From Octopus sinensis (lineage: Eukaryota), in the NCBI RefSeq assembly GCF_006345805.1, contig NC_043010.1, forward strand, positions 24,366,001 through 24,430,000: a stretch of 64,000 nt of DNA. Direction: 5' to 3'. The first letter of the stretch is position 1, and each line of letters begins with the position of its first letter. Positions 1 through 14,454 of this stretch are shown here, piece after piece. The translations under genes were made by a program, and so were the position numbers. The notes below the pieces were generated by a model. It was given only the letters and a program-made list of their open reading frames with translations, did no database searches and was not told the DNA's origin.

Positions 1-642
1 CCTGGGTCCATCACGATGATCCAGAGACCAAATCCCAGTTAATGCAGTGGAAGCACCGTGACTCACCCCCTCCAAGAAGGCAAGGGTGCAGCCCTCCGCT
101 GGCAAGGTCATGCTCACAGTCTTCTGGGACCAGGACGGAGTAGTGATGACAGATTTCCTGGCAAAGGGTACCACAATTACAGGAGCCTATTATGCTTCAC
201 TTTGAGGAAATTAAGAGAAGTTATCAAAATCAAGAGGCGGGGCAAGATCAGCAAAGGCATCCTCCTCCTGCAGGACAACGCTCCGGTCCACAACTCGCTT
301 GTCGCCAGATCAGAAGCACAGGCGTATGGCTATGAACTCCTCCCCATCCCCCTACTTTCCTGACCTTGCACCTCTGATTTTCACCTCTTCCCAATCATGA
401 AGTTGTTTTTGAAAGAAAGCGTTTCCCAGATGATGCAGCCTTGATTTCTGAAGTCACGTTGAGGTTGGAGGACCAAGCTGGGTTCTTCTACAAAAACGGT
501 CTCCAGAGCCGCATCAAACGATGGGAGAAATGCGTAACTCTGGGTGGTTCCTATGTAGAAAAAGCCTAATAACTGTGCCAAGTTTCGTTGCTCTACTGCT
601 ATGGGAAGTGGGTCAGGGGCATTACTTATTGAACGCCCCTCG
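1..642 (+). mobile_element. Mariner (Tc1/mariner) transposon 3' part, frameshifted transposase plus right TIR
   Basis: Across frameshifts reads WVHHDDPETK..VMLTVFWD..LLQDNAPVH..PDLAP(S)DFHLF..KRWEKCVTLGGSYVEKA*, with stop at 567-569. Ends in TTATTGAACGCCCCTCG followed by TA (643-644), the mariner TIR/TA pattern. Runs off the window start. Confidence 0.92.
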
Positions 643-1611
643 TACCTTAAGTAACTCTTATCGTAGGGTTTGTTTGTTTTCAAGCTCCGTTCCGGTTAAT
701 TTCTATTTCCAAATCTATGTATTTGAAACAAAGATATTTACAAATGTTTACTTCAATTTGTCCTTGGTGAATTTTATTTCACGTGTATTTATATAGTTAC
801 TGGAGAAAAATGCATTTGATCATATATTATTTAGGAGTGAGGGATAGAAATCTAGAAATATTGATGGTAGCAGCAGCTATTATTGTTGTTTTTTCTCCAC
901 TCCAAGCCTAATCCATCAGAAGTTTGATCACAAGCTTTCCAATCATGAGAGAATTTAAGACTAGACTGTCCAATATGTCCCTTAGAGTGCCACTTGGAGG
1001 AAAATTTGACTGTTACTTTGCTGTGGTAAGCAACCAAGTAGGGGCACCCTCGTTGGCTAGCTAAGGTACTAGAAGAGAACATAGACAAAGAGATTATCTA
1101 GCTGTTGTAAGACGGACCTTAAGTGAATCAGACGAATTCAACTCTTGACATATGAGCAATGATCCCATAAACAGACACACACACACACTCAGCACACACA
1201 GACACACTTACACACATTATTTAGCAACATTGCTTAAAGAACAGGGCAGTTTCATGACTTTGCTCATAACGGAGTTTATGACGTTTCTAATATCACCTTT
1301 GAGGTTTGCGGCCTAATATTTAGGATGTTGGACTCATGAGCGTAAGAATGTGGTTTCAATTCCTGGACCGGGCACCGTGGTGTATTCTTGAACAAAACAC
1401 TTAATCTCACGCTTAAGCTTTGTCTCAACAACGCATTATAACAGTTGAATCGCATCGTTCAGTCTGTTTCCCTTGTGATTAACCATTGAAGGCAACTCAG
1501 GTTGTTAGCAAATGTTTAGGATTGAAAATATTTCTGTCTCTGAAGGTAGGGAGACGCTGGTTTCCTATCACTGCAAATGTTTAGTCACTTTTAAATATTA
1601 CCAAATATTAC

Positions 1612-1768
1612 AAATGTTTTATAAAGACTCTGAGTACACGACTCAAGCCGTCTTCTCATCAAAACGACTGATTTGTGATAGGGTTCTGTTCCTTGTTGAA
1701 TCTGCAGACATTGCTTATAGACAGATTCCAATATTTCATCTGTCTTTGATAGCACGCTTAGGTGACGT
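1612..1768 (-). CDS. Candidate internal exon of an unidentified host gene
   Basis: TTAG acceptor, GTAATA donor, 157 nt (1 nt + 52 codons), open frame RHLSVLSKTDEILESVYKQCLQIQQGTEPYHKSVVLMRRRLESCTQSLYKTF in non-repetitive sequence. No family recognised. Confidence 0.4.
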
Positions 1769-2110
1769 CTAATGTTATAACCAAAGACAGACAGATTTTA
1801 ATTTAATGTACAATTTCACGAGTGCCAGATTCACATAGAGCTTTTATTACATAAACATGCACAAGCTTACACATACACACACACACACACACACACGCAC
1901 ACACACATTCTCAAATCTGCTGTTATAGATACATGCACATGAATGCAAATATATTTATAATTACAAATTGGAAACTAATGAGTAAGCTTGCTATTATACT
2001 CCCAAACCTGACAAATCTCTTATTGCATATATCTTATAAATGCATCATAGATGATACACAAACACACACACAACATATATATACATGTCTGTGTGCCTGA
2101 GCGTCTCTGC

Positions 2111-2145
<35 letters not shown>

Positions 2146-2516
2146 CTATATATATATATATATAAAATGGGGCTAATTTAGCTGCTTCTATATTGATTGA
2201 AAAAACTGATGAACAACCTTATTCGATTTTCCATTCTTATTGGATTCTCATCAGAGGTGTCTACCACAATTTTTCCCATTCCAGAGAAACAAGCATGTGT
2301 TTATATGACCACCAATTACAGTAGACACAGAAAAGTAGATCTATCAATTTAATTACTAACACTTTATATTTAATTACTGACATTTTTTATTAACTATCAA
2401 GAGCCTGTCGAAGGGAATCTCAGTTCACACAGTATCATGATAAGAATACTGCATGTTACATACATCACATACATCAGTGTATATAGATAGATAAATATAT
2501 ATATATATATATATAT

Positions 2517-5111
2517 TGTCTACACCATCAGGGATAACCTAGACATGCTGAACCACCTCCCGAAGACAGTAAAGGACGGAACTCTACTGGTATCTTTCGA
2601 TGTAGTGAATCTATACACTAATATCCCACACGACTATGGTATAGAAGCAATCACATTTTGGCTAGAAATATACCCAGAAGATATCTCAGGACGAATTAAC
2701 CCCAATTTTATAATTGAAGCACTTAAATTCGTCCTGTTGAACAATCATTTCTTGTTCGATACTACTTACTATCAACAGAATGCGGAATTGCAATGGGGAC
2801 CAGAGCTACTCCAGTGATTGCAAACCTCGTAATTGGTTACCACGAACTTAAGTTATACCAATCATCACTAGAAAAATATGGCGCCTCTCTTAATTGCTAC
2901 TTAAAGGAGAACTGGAAGAGATATTTAGATGATTGCTTCATACTTTGGCTAGATAGCATGGGTCAACTCCTTGATTTCAAAAGAATGCTCAACAACATAC
3001 TCAGCAATATACAATTCACTATGGAACACAACAGTAAGCACTCCCTTTTCTAGACATCTTAATTATAATAGTTAACAACCACATAGAAACAGACATCTTT
3101 TATAAACCCACAGATTCTAAACAATACCTATTATTTAACTCCTGCCACCCCAAACACATAAAAATCAACATACCCTTTAACCAAGCGAAAAGAATCTGCA
3201 CCATAGTTTCCGATACATACACTCGAGAACATAGATTCTTGAACTTAGATCTACACTAACTAAAAGACATAACCCAATCTCATTAGTAGATGAAGGCATC
3301 AAAAGAGCTAAGGAAATAGATATACAAAGGTTAAAGAAAACTAGCCGAAATACTAAACAAGACTTAAAAATACTCCCGTACATCTCCACACATAACCCCA
3401 GAAACAACGAAGCCTTCAACATCATCACCTTAAACCTTCCCATCCTCACAGCAGACAAAACAATGAACGAAATTTTAAGCTCATATAAAATTATAAAAAA
3501 GCAAAAAGCAACCGAAGTTACTGAAAAAAATATTAACCAGCGCTAGACTTTACCCACTAACAACTGAGCCAAAAGTGACAAAATGGGGACGTTCTAACTG
3601 TGGAACATTCCCCCACCTTTTGGAGGGTTCAGAATTTCACTTCAAACAAGGAGAAATATTTAAGATCAAATCAAATTTGACCTGCGCCTCAGCAAATGTA
3701 ATCTATGTCATGACGTGCATAGGATGTGGTAAACTCTATATTGGACAAACAGGAATTTCCCTCCGTCAAAGAATCACCATTCACAAGAGCAAATCTGTCA
3801 CCCATAATACAGACAGTTAAAGGTGAGTGAACACATAGAAAGATGTGCCAGGAATCTTAATCCCATTTCCAAATATTTCCTTTTCCAATGTTCACAGAAC
3901 ACCACCAGCACAAAGGTTGAATAAGAGGCATTTTTCATCAATAAATTTCTCCCCCAACTAAATATGAATACACAACTCAATACAGAACACCACTAACTCT
4001 TCAATTGAAACCACTAAACCCGATACACTTACTACACCACTCACATCTCTAAATCCAGAGCTACTTACCTCCCTTACAAATAATCCAGAACTACTTACCT
4101 CCCTTAAAAATAATCTTTTTTCTCAGGAACTATTAGACCTGACACCGTGTATTAATCATTGGTTCGTTTTGTTCTCTTACTTTATTATCATCTTACAATC
4201 ATCTCCTAATAATGACTTTTATGACTCGTATTACTACCTCAGTCAATCTAAATGTATATATTTGTCGTTACCTGTCATAAATAACCTTTTTTCTATTTGC
4301 AATATGCATTTTCGTTGATTTTTCATATTTTACCCTTACATTTCCACGTGTATTTTATATTTTCTTTTCGTAACATATATCAATGATATATAGATATATA
4401 TATATAAACAGTCTTGACTGCCATTTCTAATTTTTCGGTATACGGCCAAGCAACCTGTTGCCTGTCCCTTTTTCTTATATACAGTATATATACTAAACTT
4501 TACAGAAGTTCCTACCGTTAATTGGCTATATTTACATACCGAATTCTACCAGTAAATAATTGTGGTCTATTTTAAAAACCATTATAGAAATTATTTACTC
4601 TTATTATTATATTACTAATTGGATTTTTCACTCCCTTACGACAACCCATAGTTCCTACCCCTATGGAACTATTTTTGTAATGCGCATGGCAAAATTTTGG
4701 TGGGAAGATTTACGAATTGAAACGTCTATGTAGGTTTAGCCTATGCACGCTTTCTTCAACTATTTTGATGTCGCATGGTCAGAAAGTTCGAGGTACGTAG
4801 CATTTGATAAATCTATTTCAAAGGAAAGCTGCGCTGAAGACGGATGTGAAATATATATGCAATATATATAAAATATATATTAAAAAAATATATATGAAAT
4901 ATATATTCAATATATTTATAATCCAGAAACATGATGTTCGCAGATAACCGCTAGACTTCGTTTTCGTTATCTATTCCTTCTGTTTTGCATAAGTGAATTA
5001 CAGTGTATGTCGTGTGTGGAGCCCCACTTGTAGAAAATAGAAATAAACAGTCTTGACTGCCATTTCTAATTTTTCGGTATGCGACCAAGCACCTGTTGCC
5101 TGTCCCTTTTT

Positions 5112-5118
<7 letters not shown>
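2517..5118 (+). mobile_element. Penelope-like retroelement (Neptune-like), 5'-truncated and frameshifted, with 3' pseudo-LTR
   Basis: RT motifs LVSFDVVNLYTNIPH, MGT..P..ANL, WKRYLDDCFILW and YKPTDSKQYL..SCHP; Cys linker GRSNCGT; GIY-YIG NVIYVMTCIGCGKLYIGQTG..R..IH. A direct repeat (4406-4480 / 5045-5118) brackets an HHR. Both ends abut (TA)n. Confidence 0.9.
4829..4943 (+). ncRNA. Type I hammerhead ribozyme-like motif in PLE pseudo-LTR
   Basis: Stem I CTGCG/CGCAG; core CTGAAGA 4834-4840; stem II (C)GGAT..ATCC(A) with a long AT-rich extension; GAAA 4926-4929; stem III ACA-TGA-TGT; GUU site. The closing pair of stem II is mismatched. Confidence 0.6.
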
Positions 5119-5184
<66 letters not shown>

Positions 5185-5189
<5 letters not shown>

Positions 5190-5578
5190 CGCAGAGTGGC
5201 TGTGTGGTAAGTAGCTTGCTAACCAGCCACATGGTTCCGGGTTCAGTCCCACTGCGTGCATCATCTTGGGCAAGTGTTTTCTGCTATAGCCCCGGCCGAC
5301 CAATGCCTCGCGAGTGGATTTGGTAGACGGAAACTGAAAGAAGCCTGTCGTATATGTGTATATATATATGTATGGTGTCTGTTTTGTCCCCCTAGCATTG
5401 CTTGACAACCGATGCTGGTGTGTTTACGTCCCCGTCACTTAGCGGTTCGGCAAAAGAGACCGATAGAATAAGTACTGGCTTACAAAGAATAAGTCCCGGA
5501 GTCGATTTGCTCGACTAAAGGCGGTGCTCCAGCATGGCCGCAGTCAAATGACTGAAACAAGTAAAAGAGTAAAAGAGT
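5185..5578 (+). mobile_element. tRNA-derived SINE, family A, full length
   Basis: Head ATAGGCGCAGAGTGGCTGTGTGGTAAG..GGTTCAGTCCC and tail (AGTAAAAG)n; near-identical to 58529-58920. Confidence 0.85.
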
Positions 5579-5620
5579 ATATGCATATATATATATACAC
5601 ACATAAATGTATATACATAT

Positions 5621-5689
<69 letters not shown>

Positions 5690-5851
5690 TATATATATAT
5701 ATATATATGTATATATCACCGACTCTCCCGTCGTTATATGACACGTGAGGGCTCGGCAATTTCTTGATTTGTGCATTGCCTATACAGGTGCACCGTATGC
5801 CACATGTCAGACAACGAAATGTTTTGTGGTAGAGTCCTCCATTCCTAGTGA

Positions 5852-5930
<79 letters not shown>

Positions 5931-5956
5931 CATTATTATTATTATGATCATCATCA

Positions 5957-6001
<45 letters not shown>

Positions 6002-6002
6002 T
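5852..6002. repeat. (TAT)n microsatellite
   Basis: Direct reading. Confidence 0.95.
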
Positions 6003-6724
6003 ATGTTTGAATTTTGCTTTACATTTGTACAAGTTGGCTCCAAGTCTCACCCAGAGACCTCAAGAGACGACAGGTTGGAAGTTCATGTTGTTGTTATGCC
6101 TAGTGTGCCATATATTTCGTTTTGTATTTAGTGTTGTACTAGTGAATGTCTAAAAAGAACCATACAAAAATTATGTTTCTTTTAAAATTTGAGATTACAT
6201 AGAAAGTATTTTGCGTAGGATATGAGCAGTTCCTATGAGCACTATCTTTTGAATTTCTGCCAATTTTGGGGTTTCCTGCTATATGAGCTAGGTAGCAATC
6301 AGCCCCTTTTGCTATCATTTACAGGGCACCTATGACAACAGGTATTGTTTTAGTCTTCAGGTTTTGCTGATTTCTATTTCAAGATCTTTATATTTGCTCA
6401 GTTTTTGGTAGGTCTTGACAGATACGTTTATATCGATTGGGACAGTCATATCAATGAGGAGACATGTTCTTTGTCTGAAGTCTTTCAATATGATGTCTGG
6501 CCTATTTGCATCTATCGTTCTGTCAGATTGAATGGTGAAGTTCCAAAGGAGTGAGATGTGGTCATTTTCAAGCACTGGAGTTGGTTTGTGTTCCCACCAG
6601 TTTTTTTCATGGGGCAAATCCAGGTTTTGCAAATTACCCAGTGAATTGTGCAGCTTTATCATACCTGTTAAGATACTCTGTAGGCGCTAGAAGACTGCAC
6701 TTGGAGACAACATGATCAATGGTT
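6003..6724 (-). mobile_element. R4/Dong-type non-LTR retrotransposon 3' fragment (restriction-like endonuclease)
   Basis: ETIDHVVSKC..EYLNRYD, then WNFTIQSDRTIDANRPDII..LIDMTVP..QKLSKYKDL and IQKIVLIGTAHILRK, a 3' UTR and an (AAT)n tail. Confidence 0.8.
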
Positions 6725-6727
6725 TCA

Positions 6728-6729
<2 letters not shown>

Positions 6730-6786
<57 letters not shown>

Positions 6787-6850
6787 TATTATTATTATTA
6801 TTATTATTATTATCATAGTTATTATTATTATTATTATTATCATCATTATT
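6730..6850. repeat. (TAT)n microsatellite
   Basis: Direct reading; flanks the 5' junction of the RLE element. Confidence 0.95.
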
Positions 6851-7560
6851 GAGTGAGAGAGCAGCGCATGCCATCAAAGTGACACTGGGGTACAATTATA
6901 GGAAGCCCAGAATACCCATCATGACTATCCGTCTGATAAGGGTACACCGGGCACATGCATCACAACCATATGTGCGCGACATGGTGATCTACTTCATGGT
7001 GATTTACTTCAAAATCTCCATTTTTTTCTTCTTCTTATATATATACATACATATATATAGATATATATTAATTGTTATCGCTATATTAATATGGCAGTCT
7101 TATAGATATAAGACTAAAAGCTGTCGCTGATTAGCTTCATGAGGCCATCGCCTTAATATGGCGATAACAATTAATTTCCAGTAACGCTGCCGTAATCTCT
7201 TTTAGAGAGACTTAGTAATTTTAATATTTCTATTATATATATATATATATATATATAATATTAGGGAGTATAACTCCAAACTTACAGCGAAAACTTCAAT
7301 TTAGTAATAAATCAAATTTCACAATATGAATACATATAGAAAAATTAGAGAAAAACCACTATTATGTAATTCAAACAATGATAGACGTAAATCATACCAT
7401 ATAGAAAAAAATAAAATATACGATAAAACATTTACCTAGATCACGATAAAGTACATAATAATAAATAAACAGTATATAATTAGTAAATAGACTACGTACG
7501 TTTCCATTTACGTCTATCATTCGCTAATTCATGTATTTATATATAAATATATATACATAC

Positions 7561-7690
7561 CGGTCATTTCTTAAAAAACTATGTCATTGTATGAAAAAAA
7601 TTAATAACATTCTTCTGACATAATGACTCAAATATATATTTTTTAACCTTTTAAAACAAGCCTTCTGTAGTTTTTTCACTTTTTACTATT
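7561..7690 (+). mobile_element. PLE terminal-region fragment
   Basis: Reverse complement of 25180-25310, which lies 3' of a GIY-YIG remnant. Confidence 0.6.
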
Positions 7691-7693
7691 TTC

Positions 7694-7728
<35 letters not shown>

Positions 7729-7809
7729 ATATATATATATATACATATATAATACATATATATATATATATACATATATACATACATATATATCCAAACA
7801 TATACGACA

Positions 7810-7945
7810 TGCTTCTCTCAGTTTCCGTCGACCAAATCCACTCAAAAGCCTTTGTCGGCCCGAGGCTAGACCAGAATACACTTTCCCACATAGAGTGACT
7901 GAACCCCGAACCATGTGGTTGGGAAGCAAGTTACTTACCACTCAA
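7810..7945 (-). mobile_element. SINE family A 5' fragment
   Basis: Reverse-complement match to the head of 5185-5578. Confidence 0.7.
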
Positions 7946-8410
7946 CTACGCCTGCGACTATGTGTTAATCTATAGGAATATTTGTTGAGTATTCTATTGG
8001 AGACGACATCTAAGCAAAGTTTGCCACTCCATCTGCTCGGTTATACTTGAGAAGAGCCAAACATGAGAAGCAAATTTCGTTATTACCTCGTTTCTTTTTT
8101 ACACTTCTCTCCTGATATTTTGAACAGCGCATACAAATGGAAAACAAGTCTGGAGTTATATAATTACGCTTATTTAACACATACATACATTCATGAATAC
8201 ATACATTCATACATACATATATGCATGAATACATATACACACATATACACTCACGCACTCACACACATACATTCATGCGTACATGCATGTATATATACAT
8301 ACACACACATACATACAGACACATACGCACATGCATACATGCACAAAAATTCACACATACACGCACATATATATATATATATGATTAAATTATGTATTTA
8401 TAGTGTATAT

Positions 8411-8441
<31 letters not shown>

Positions 8442-8822
8442 TTATAATTCACCCTACTATACAGTGTAGTCGATAAAATCGAAAACAATGTGCATGCCCG
8501 AAATTAAAAATATAAAATGGCGACAATTTACTGTAAATAAAGTAATGTAAACATAAACATATAGTGTAGATATATATATATATATATATATATATCACCT
8601 GGCTTCGTCTTTTCTTTTTTCATAAACTCTCCCTATATATATGTGTGTGTGTGTGTGTATACATACATATTCATATATATACACAAATATTCATACATAT
8701 ATATGCATAGATCCGTACATATATACACATACGTACATATACATTAGTTATAACGCAAACATATACATGTATTTGTGAGTGTTCATGTATGAGTGTATAC
8801 CCTAATATACATACATAGATAC

Positions 8823-8855
<33 letters not shown>

Positions 8856-9189
8856 ATATACATGTACACACACAATTATAAGCATACAAATATATATATA
8901 TGTATATATGGCATCTGTTTAACTTGAGCAAACAACAAAACGTTTTTGTCTTCCTCTTTTCACCTCTTCTTTATAGCTTCTATCTTATGTCTTACAATAT
9001 CTCCTTTACTCTTTTTCTCCATCATTCACCGTACCTTTTTTCTTCTTTTTTTCCGCCGCTCTTTTATTGGGCGATTTATTTATTTCTGTTTCATTAAATA
9101 ACAAACGGTCGAAAAAAAAATGTCAGTGGAGAAAAAAAAAGAAAGAAATGACTGGCGATAGGTTAAATTTACACGTTTAAGAATATCAA

Positions 9190-9446
9190 GAAGAAATATG
9201 ACAAACAAGAAGAAAGAGTTGAAGAAAAAGAAGAAGAAGAAGAAGAAGAAGAAGAAGAAGAAGAAGAAGAAGAAGAAGAAGAAGAAGAAGAAGAAGAAGA
9301 CGGAGGAGGAGCAGGGGAGCAGGAGAGGGAGAAAAAGAAAAAGAAAAAGAAAAAGGAAGAAGAAAAATGAAGGAGGAGAACGAGGAGAAGAAGAAGAAAA
9401 AGTAAATGAAGAAGAAGAAGAAAGGAGAAGAAGTAGAAGAGAAGAG

Positions 9447-9478
<32 letters not shown>

Positions 9479-9550
9479 GAAGTAGAAGAAGAAGAATTGA
9501 AGAAGAAGAGGAAGAAGACGAAAAAGAAATTAAGTTGAAGAAGAAGAAAG
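9190..9550. repeat. (GAA)n-rich polypurine tract
   Basis: Direct reading. Confidence 0.9.
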
Positions 9551-9896
9551 ATTATGATGATGGAGGTTGTGTTGGTGGTGGTGGTCGTCGTCGTGGTCGT
9601 GGTCGTGGTGGCGAAGATGATAGGTGTGGTGGTAGTAAAAGTAGTGATAATGACGATGAAGATGATGATGGTGATATGTCTATGAGGGAGACGATGGGCA
9701 TGGTGATGTGATGGTCACGACGAAAACCGATGATGGTGATGATTCGCGAGGAAATAGAAGAAGAAGAAGACAAAATAATACGAAGGTAAGTTTTTCCTGA
9801 TAGCTTAGTGAAAGATAAAGCGGATTGCGCGCGCTCACGTGAATGCGTGTGTGTGTGTGTGTGTTTGTGTGTGTGAGTGTGAGTGTTAATGCGCGC

Positions 9897-9927
<31 letters not shown>

Positions 9928-10117
9928 TGTGTGTGCTCTTTGATGAAAAGATTGAGATATTTCAGTGAAAAGATGTGACGTTATTGATAATCAATATGGA
10001 GGAAAGAAGTAGGAAAACGAAAAAAAAGAAACCTCTCATGTTTTATCAATAACTATTACAGATATACCTACATTCACACCGTACACACACACACATGCAC
10101 ATATATGTGTGTGCGTG

Positions 10118-10153
<36 letters not shown>

Positions 10154-10193
10154 CACATATACATCTTTGTATACATGTATATATCTTTATATA

Positions 10194-10238
<45 letters not shown>

Positions 10239-10589
10239 TATAATATATTATATATGTATATATATATGTATATATAAACATAATATTTATTTTTATTTAT
10301 TTATTCCTTTTTTCTCTATATATAAATCATTTAGAAACATGATAGGAAAGTATTTCAATGTAAAATATTTATACATTTATAGACAGAGTACACTAAATGT
10401 TACTTAGCAAGGTTATGTGTCATAAAATATGTAGAATTACTGAGAGAGATTTTTCTATGAAGGAAAAAAAAAACTAAGACGAAATCTAATGAAGGATACA
10501 CAGACACAGAGGCAGACTGACTGGTTTTTCGCTAAGTAAACGAAACGGCCATTTTATGGAAAAGTTGCAAAAAGAACTAACGACAGCTT

Positions 10590-11510
10590 CATCAATAACA
10601 ATAACCAGCAGTTTTTTTAGGGGAGGGGGTGAATCGATTCCTTCACCCACAGCACTTGAGTGGCATATATTTTATCCACCACGAAAAGATGAAAGGCGAA
10701 CGTAAAGACGAACGAAATGGTTCTGAGTATTTAGTCCGGCATGGTCACGGTTCTGCCAGCTCCCAGTAATAATCTTTCCTAGTCCAGGCACATTCCATGA
10801 CGCTTAGTGAGAGGGCCTAGTCGATTACATCAACACATGTGCTTAAATGGCATTTTATTTTATCGGCCGCAGCAGGCTGAATGGGATAGTTGACTTCGGC
10901 GGAATTTGAACTCAGAATGTAAACAGCAGAAATAAATGTTACTAGACATTTTTTCCGACGAATTTGATGATTCTGTCACTTCGCCGCCCTAACATCAGCA
11001 ACAATAATTATTATAATGACATCTAATTTTGGAATAAAGCCGGCCATTTCGAGGGAAACGATCAATCGGTTCCATCGATTCCCGTATTTGACTACTACTT
11101 TATTTTATCAGCCCCGAAAGGAAAATAGGTGAAGTCGACCTCGGCGGAATTTGAACGAAAAAAGCAGCAAGAAATGCCGCTAAACATTTTACACTACACT
11201 CTAACAATTCTCCTGAAAGCTGAGAAAAATGTGAAGTTTTGAGATCTAGAAATGACGATACAAACCGAAAATATTTCACGGAAAATGTTTTTTCAACGTA
11301 CTGAGACCAGGAGTAATTTCAAAGCCTGAAATTTAGAGGGAAGCGGGCTAGTTGAATAGATCAACCCCAGTGTTCAACTGTTACTTATTTTATTGACTCG
11401 GAGAAGATAAATGGCAAAACGGACCACGGCGGAATTTTAACTGAGAACGTAAAATTCGAACGAATACCGCTAAACTACTTTGTTCCAAAGGATAACGGTT
11501 CTGCCATTTC
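10590..11510 (-). mobile_element. Cluster of about 4 degenerate SINE family B copies in the same orientation
   Basis: Recurrent GTCGACCTCGGCGGAATTTGAAC..CCGCTAA block. Confidence 0.7.
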
Positions 11511-12155
11511 GAACAGTTAACAGGCGAGAGAAATTATTTATATTTCATCTTCTTTCTGTGAGAACTCTTTGTCTACTGCTCTCTGTTTCTCTTTATGAAT
11601 CTACCATTCCAGTACAGACGAAAGTGTGTACGTATAATGGCAGGCGAGTGACATCAACAGTGAGGAAAGGAGGAGAAGGGTGCAAAGGAAAGCATAAAAT
11701 CTAAATTGTTACTTAAAAAAAATATGCGTCTTAGTTAAAAGAAATATTCACACACAAATTTCTTAAATATATTTCTTTAAAATTTTAACATGTTAAGATT
11801 TATCTGCCATTTCAAAGAAAGAAAATAACATTTAAATTCTTCCTTGTTTTTTTCTGAGGAAATCTGACAAATCTTTATCATCCACACCATCTTTGATATT
11901 CCCTTTATTTAAAAAATTAAGTTTACGTTATTATTTTTCTTTCTCCAATATTTTACCATTTCTTTTTATTTTACTTTTCTTTTCCTTTTTTTTATTCTTC
12001 AATAATCAGCAGAGAATGAGTCATTTAATCTAGTTCAGCAATATCGAAACCAGCCGCCACTCTCGATCAGCAGAATGGATATGTGCGTGTATACGTGTGT
12101 GTTTTTTTTAAGTGCGTCTGCGAGTAATGAATCTACATACATACTTATATATATA

Positions 12156-12212
<57 letters not shown>

Positions 12213-12581
12213 ATATATATGTATAATATATATATATATGTATATATATATGTATGCATGTATGTATATGCATATATATATATATATATATATGTAGGTA
12301 TGTATATGTATATATATGTGTATGTGTGTATGTGTTTGTGCGCCCGTTACACACCCATTTATGTGCAAAATATATGTGAATAATTCTCTATATATACTTA
12401 TCTTCAAATATATATATATATATTATATATATATATATAATATGAATATAAGTGTATATATATATATGTGTGTGTGTGTGTATATATTGTACATATATAT
12501 ATATATACACTTATATTCATATATATATATATATATACATATATAAATATGTACAAAATATATATAGAAAATATACAAATA

Positions 12582-12669
<88 letters not shown>

Positions 12670-12844
12670 ATATATATATTGGCCTGCTCGCTTAGCCAGC
12701 GGGGTGGCGTCATTCGAAGGCTAAAACAATGCGAACGCATTGTGACTAGCGATGTGTAGCAACATCTGATGGTCTGGTCGGTCACGTGATTACGTGATAT
12801 ATATATGTATGTATGTACATATATATCTGTCTCTGTATGTGTAC

Positions 12845-12898
<54 letters not shown>

Positions 12899-13189
12899 AA
12901 CACACACACACATACACACACATATATATATGCACACACATAAATATATCTGCTATTTTAGACAATGTGAACGAGTTCATTAAAAAGAAAGAGATCTAAA
13001 CTTCTCCATTCATCCGCAATGTGTGATATGTAAGCTTAGACTGCCCAACGTCAACTACATTTTTAGGTTTCAGCCAAACTAGTTTTGCTAAGCAAGTAAT
13101 TATAAACATGGAGGATGAAACTACGTACAAGAGAAAAAAAAACTGTAATTAAGAGGTGGGGGGTGACATACACTAACTTTTATGCTAAA

Positions 13190-13600
13190 CGTGCTTCAGG
13201 CGTTGGTCTGCGGGAATGCTGGAGCACTGCCGTGAAGAGTATTCGGTCGAACGTATCGTTACCATTACTTATTTAAAGCTGTGTACTTATTCTATCTCGT
13301 TTTTTCCTAACCGTTAATTGACAGGGAAATACATCGATTGTCAACCGATGGAAGGCCAACGCTGACACGCATATACATACATACATACATACATACATAC
13401 ATACATACATACATACAAACACGCATGCATACATACACACACACACATACACACGCCAAGTTTCTTTGATTTTCCGTCCACTAAGTTCACTCATAAATCT
13501 TCGCTCGGTCCGGGCTCTATAGTAGAAGACACTTGCCCCAGGCGGAATCATGTGATTGGCAAATGAACTTCTTAACACACAGCCACGCCTGCGTCTTACA
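13190..13600 (-). mobile_element. Degenerate SINE family A
   Basis: Contains GCTATAGTAGAAGACACTTGCCCA-like and ACACAGCCACGCCTGCG segments. Confidence 0.6.
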
Positions 13601-14454
13601 TCAACCGTTATAAACTTCATTAAATTTATTCATGTTGTAAAGGGAGAAATATACTATTAAGCTGATTTGTTGTAAAAAAAAAAGAGAAAGGTAGCAAGGC
13701 ATTTCGGAAGAATGCAAAACTTTGTGGGGACGCGTTGTTCGAATTTATCAGCCATTGTAAAGATCGCGAAACCATAGGAATTCGAGAAAACTGCACTGAG
13801 GCTTGTTGGACTGAGTCAGTCTGCTAGTTTCCAAAGATCAGCTGCCAAGCTCTCATTCCTGGTGATAATTTGCAAACGAGAATACCAAAGTTGCAAACTT
13901 GAAACATCCCGATAATACCTCATAAGATAACTTTTTATAGTTTCTGTTTACTAAATTCCGTTGAAATATGATAGGTCAAATCGGAGCGATATTAAATGAC
14001 ACTTTCTAAGGTCTTGCGTACAATAGGAAGTAAACCCAGCACCATATGGTCTGACAACACGCTTCTTAAGAACACATTTTCATTCTTGAAAATGATTTAT
14101 GAAGCATGTTAGCAAATGCAAATAACAGCCCGAGAGAACTGGTGTTGATTCTTTGTTGTAAAAGTAATTTAAATGCTTCAATAAGTTGATATATGTGTAG
14201 AAGAAAGTTTTAAACTTGTCTTCATCCTAACTCTTCTTTTTTATCTCAACGTGTTTTAGTCCTGGGTGTGATTTAAAACTGCATTCAATAGTGAGACCCT
14301 TGTTCCAAGGTTTTGAGGAGCGTGGAACCACCTCTTAACGTCTGTTGCACCCAGTTCTCCTCTAACTACTCAGGAGAAGTAGCACCTGAAAGAATCCTAA
14401 CTATGAGCCAAATAGTATGTAACGACCCAATCCTGGATACGTTGAAATCATGAG

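Noticed and set aside
2218-2258. Minus-strand CTGATGA..GAAA motif upstream of the first PLE
   Set aside because: Stems II and III are mismatched; it could be a relic but is not supportable.
7067-7180. 22-bp inverted repeat and TTCATGAGGCCAT..ATGGCGATAAC resembling an HHR
   Set aside because: Several core mismatches and no stem I adjacent to the core.
9547-9792. GAAG|GTAAGT donor after a GAT/GGT-rich stretch
   Set aside because: The upstream sequence is decayed trinucleotide repeat, with no supported start or acceptor.
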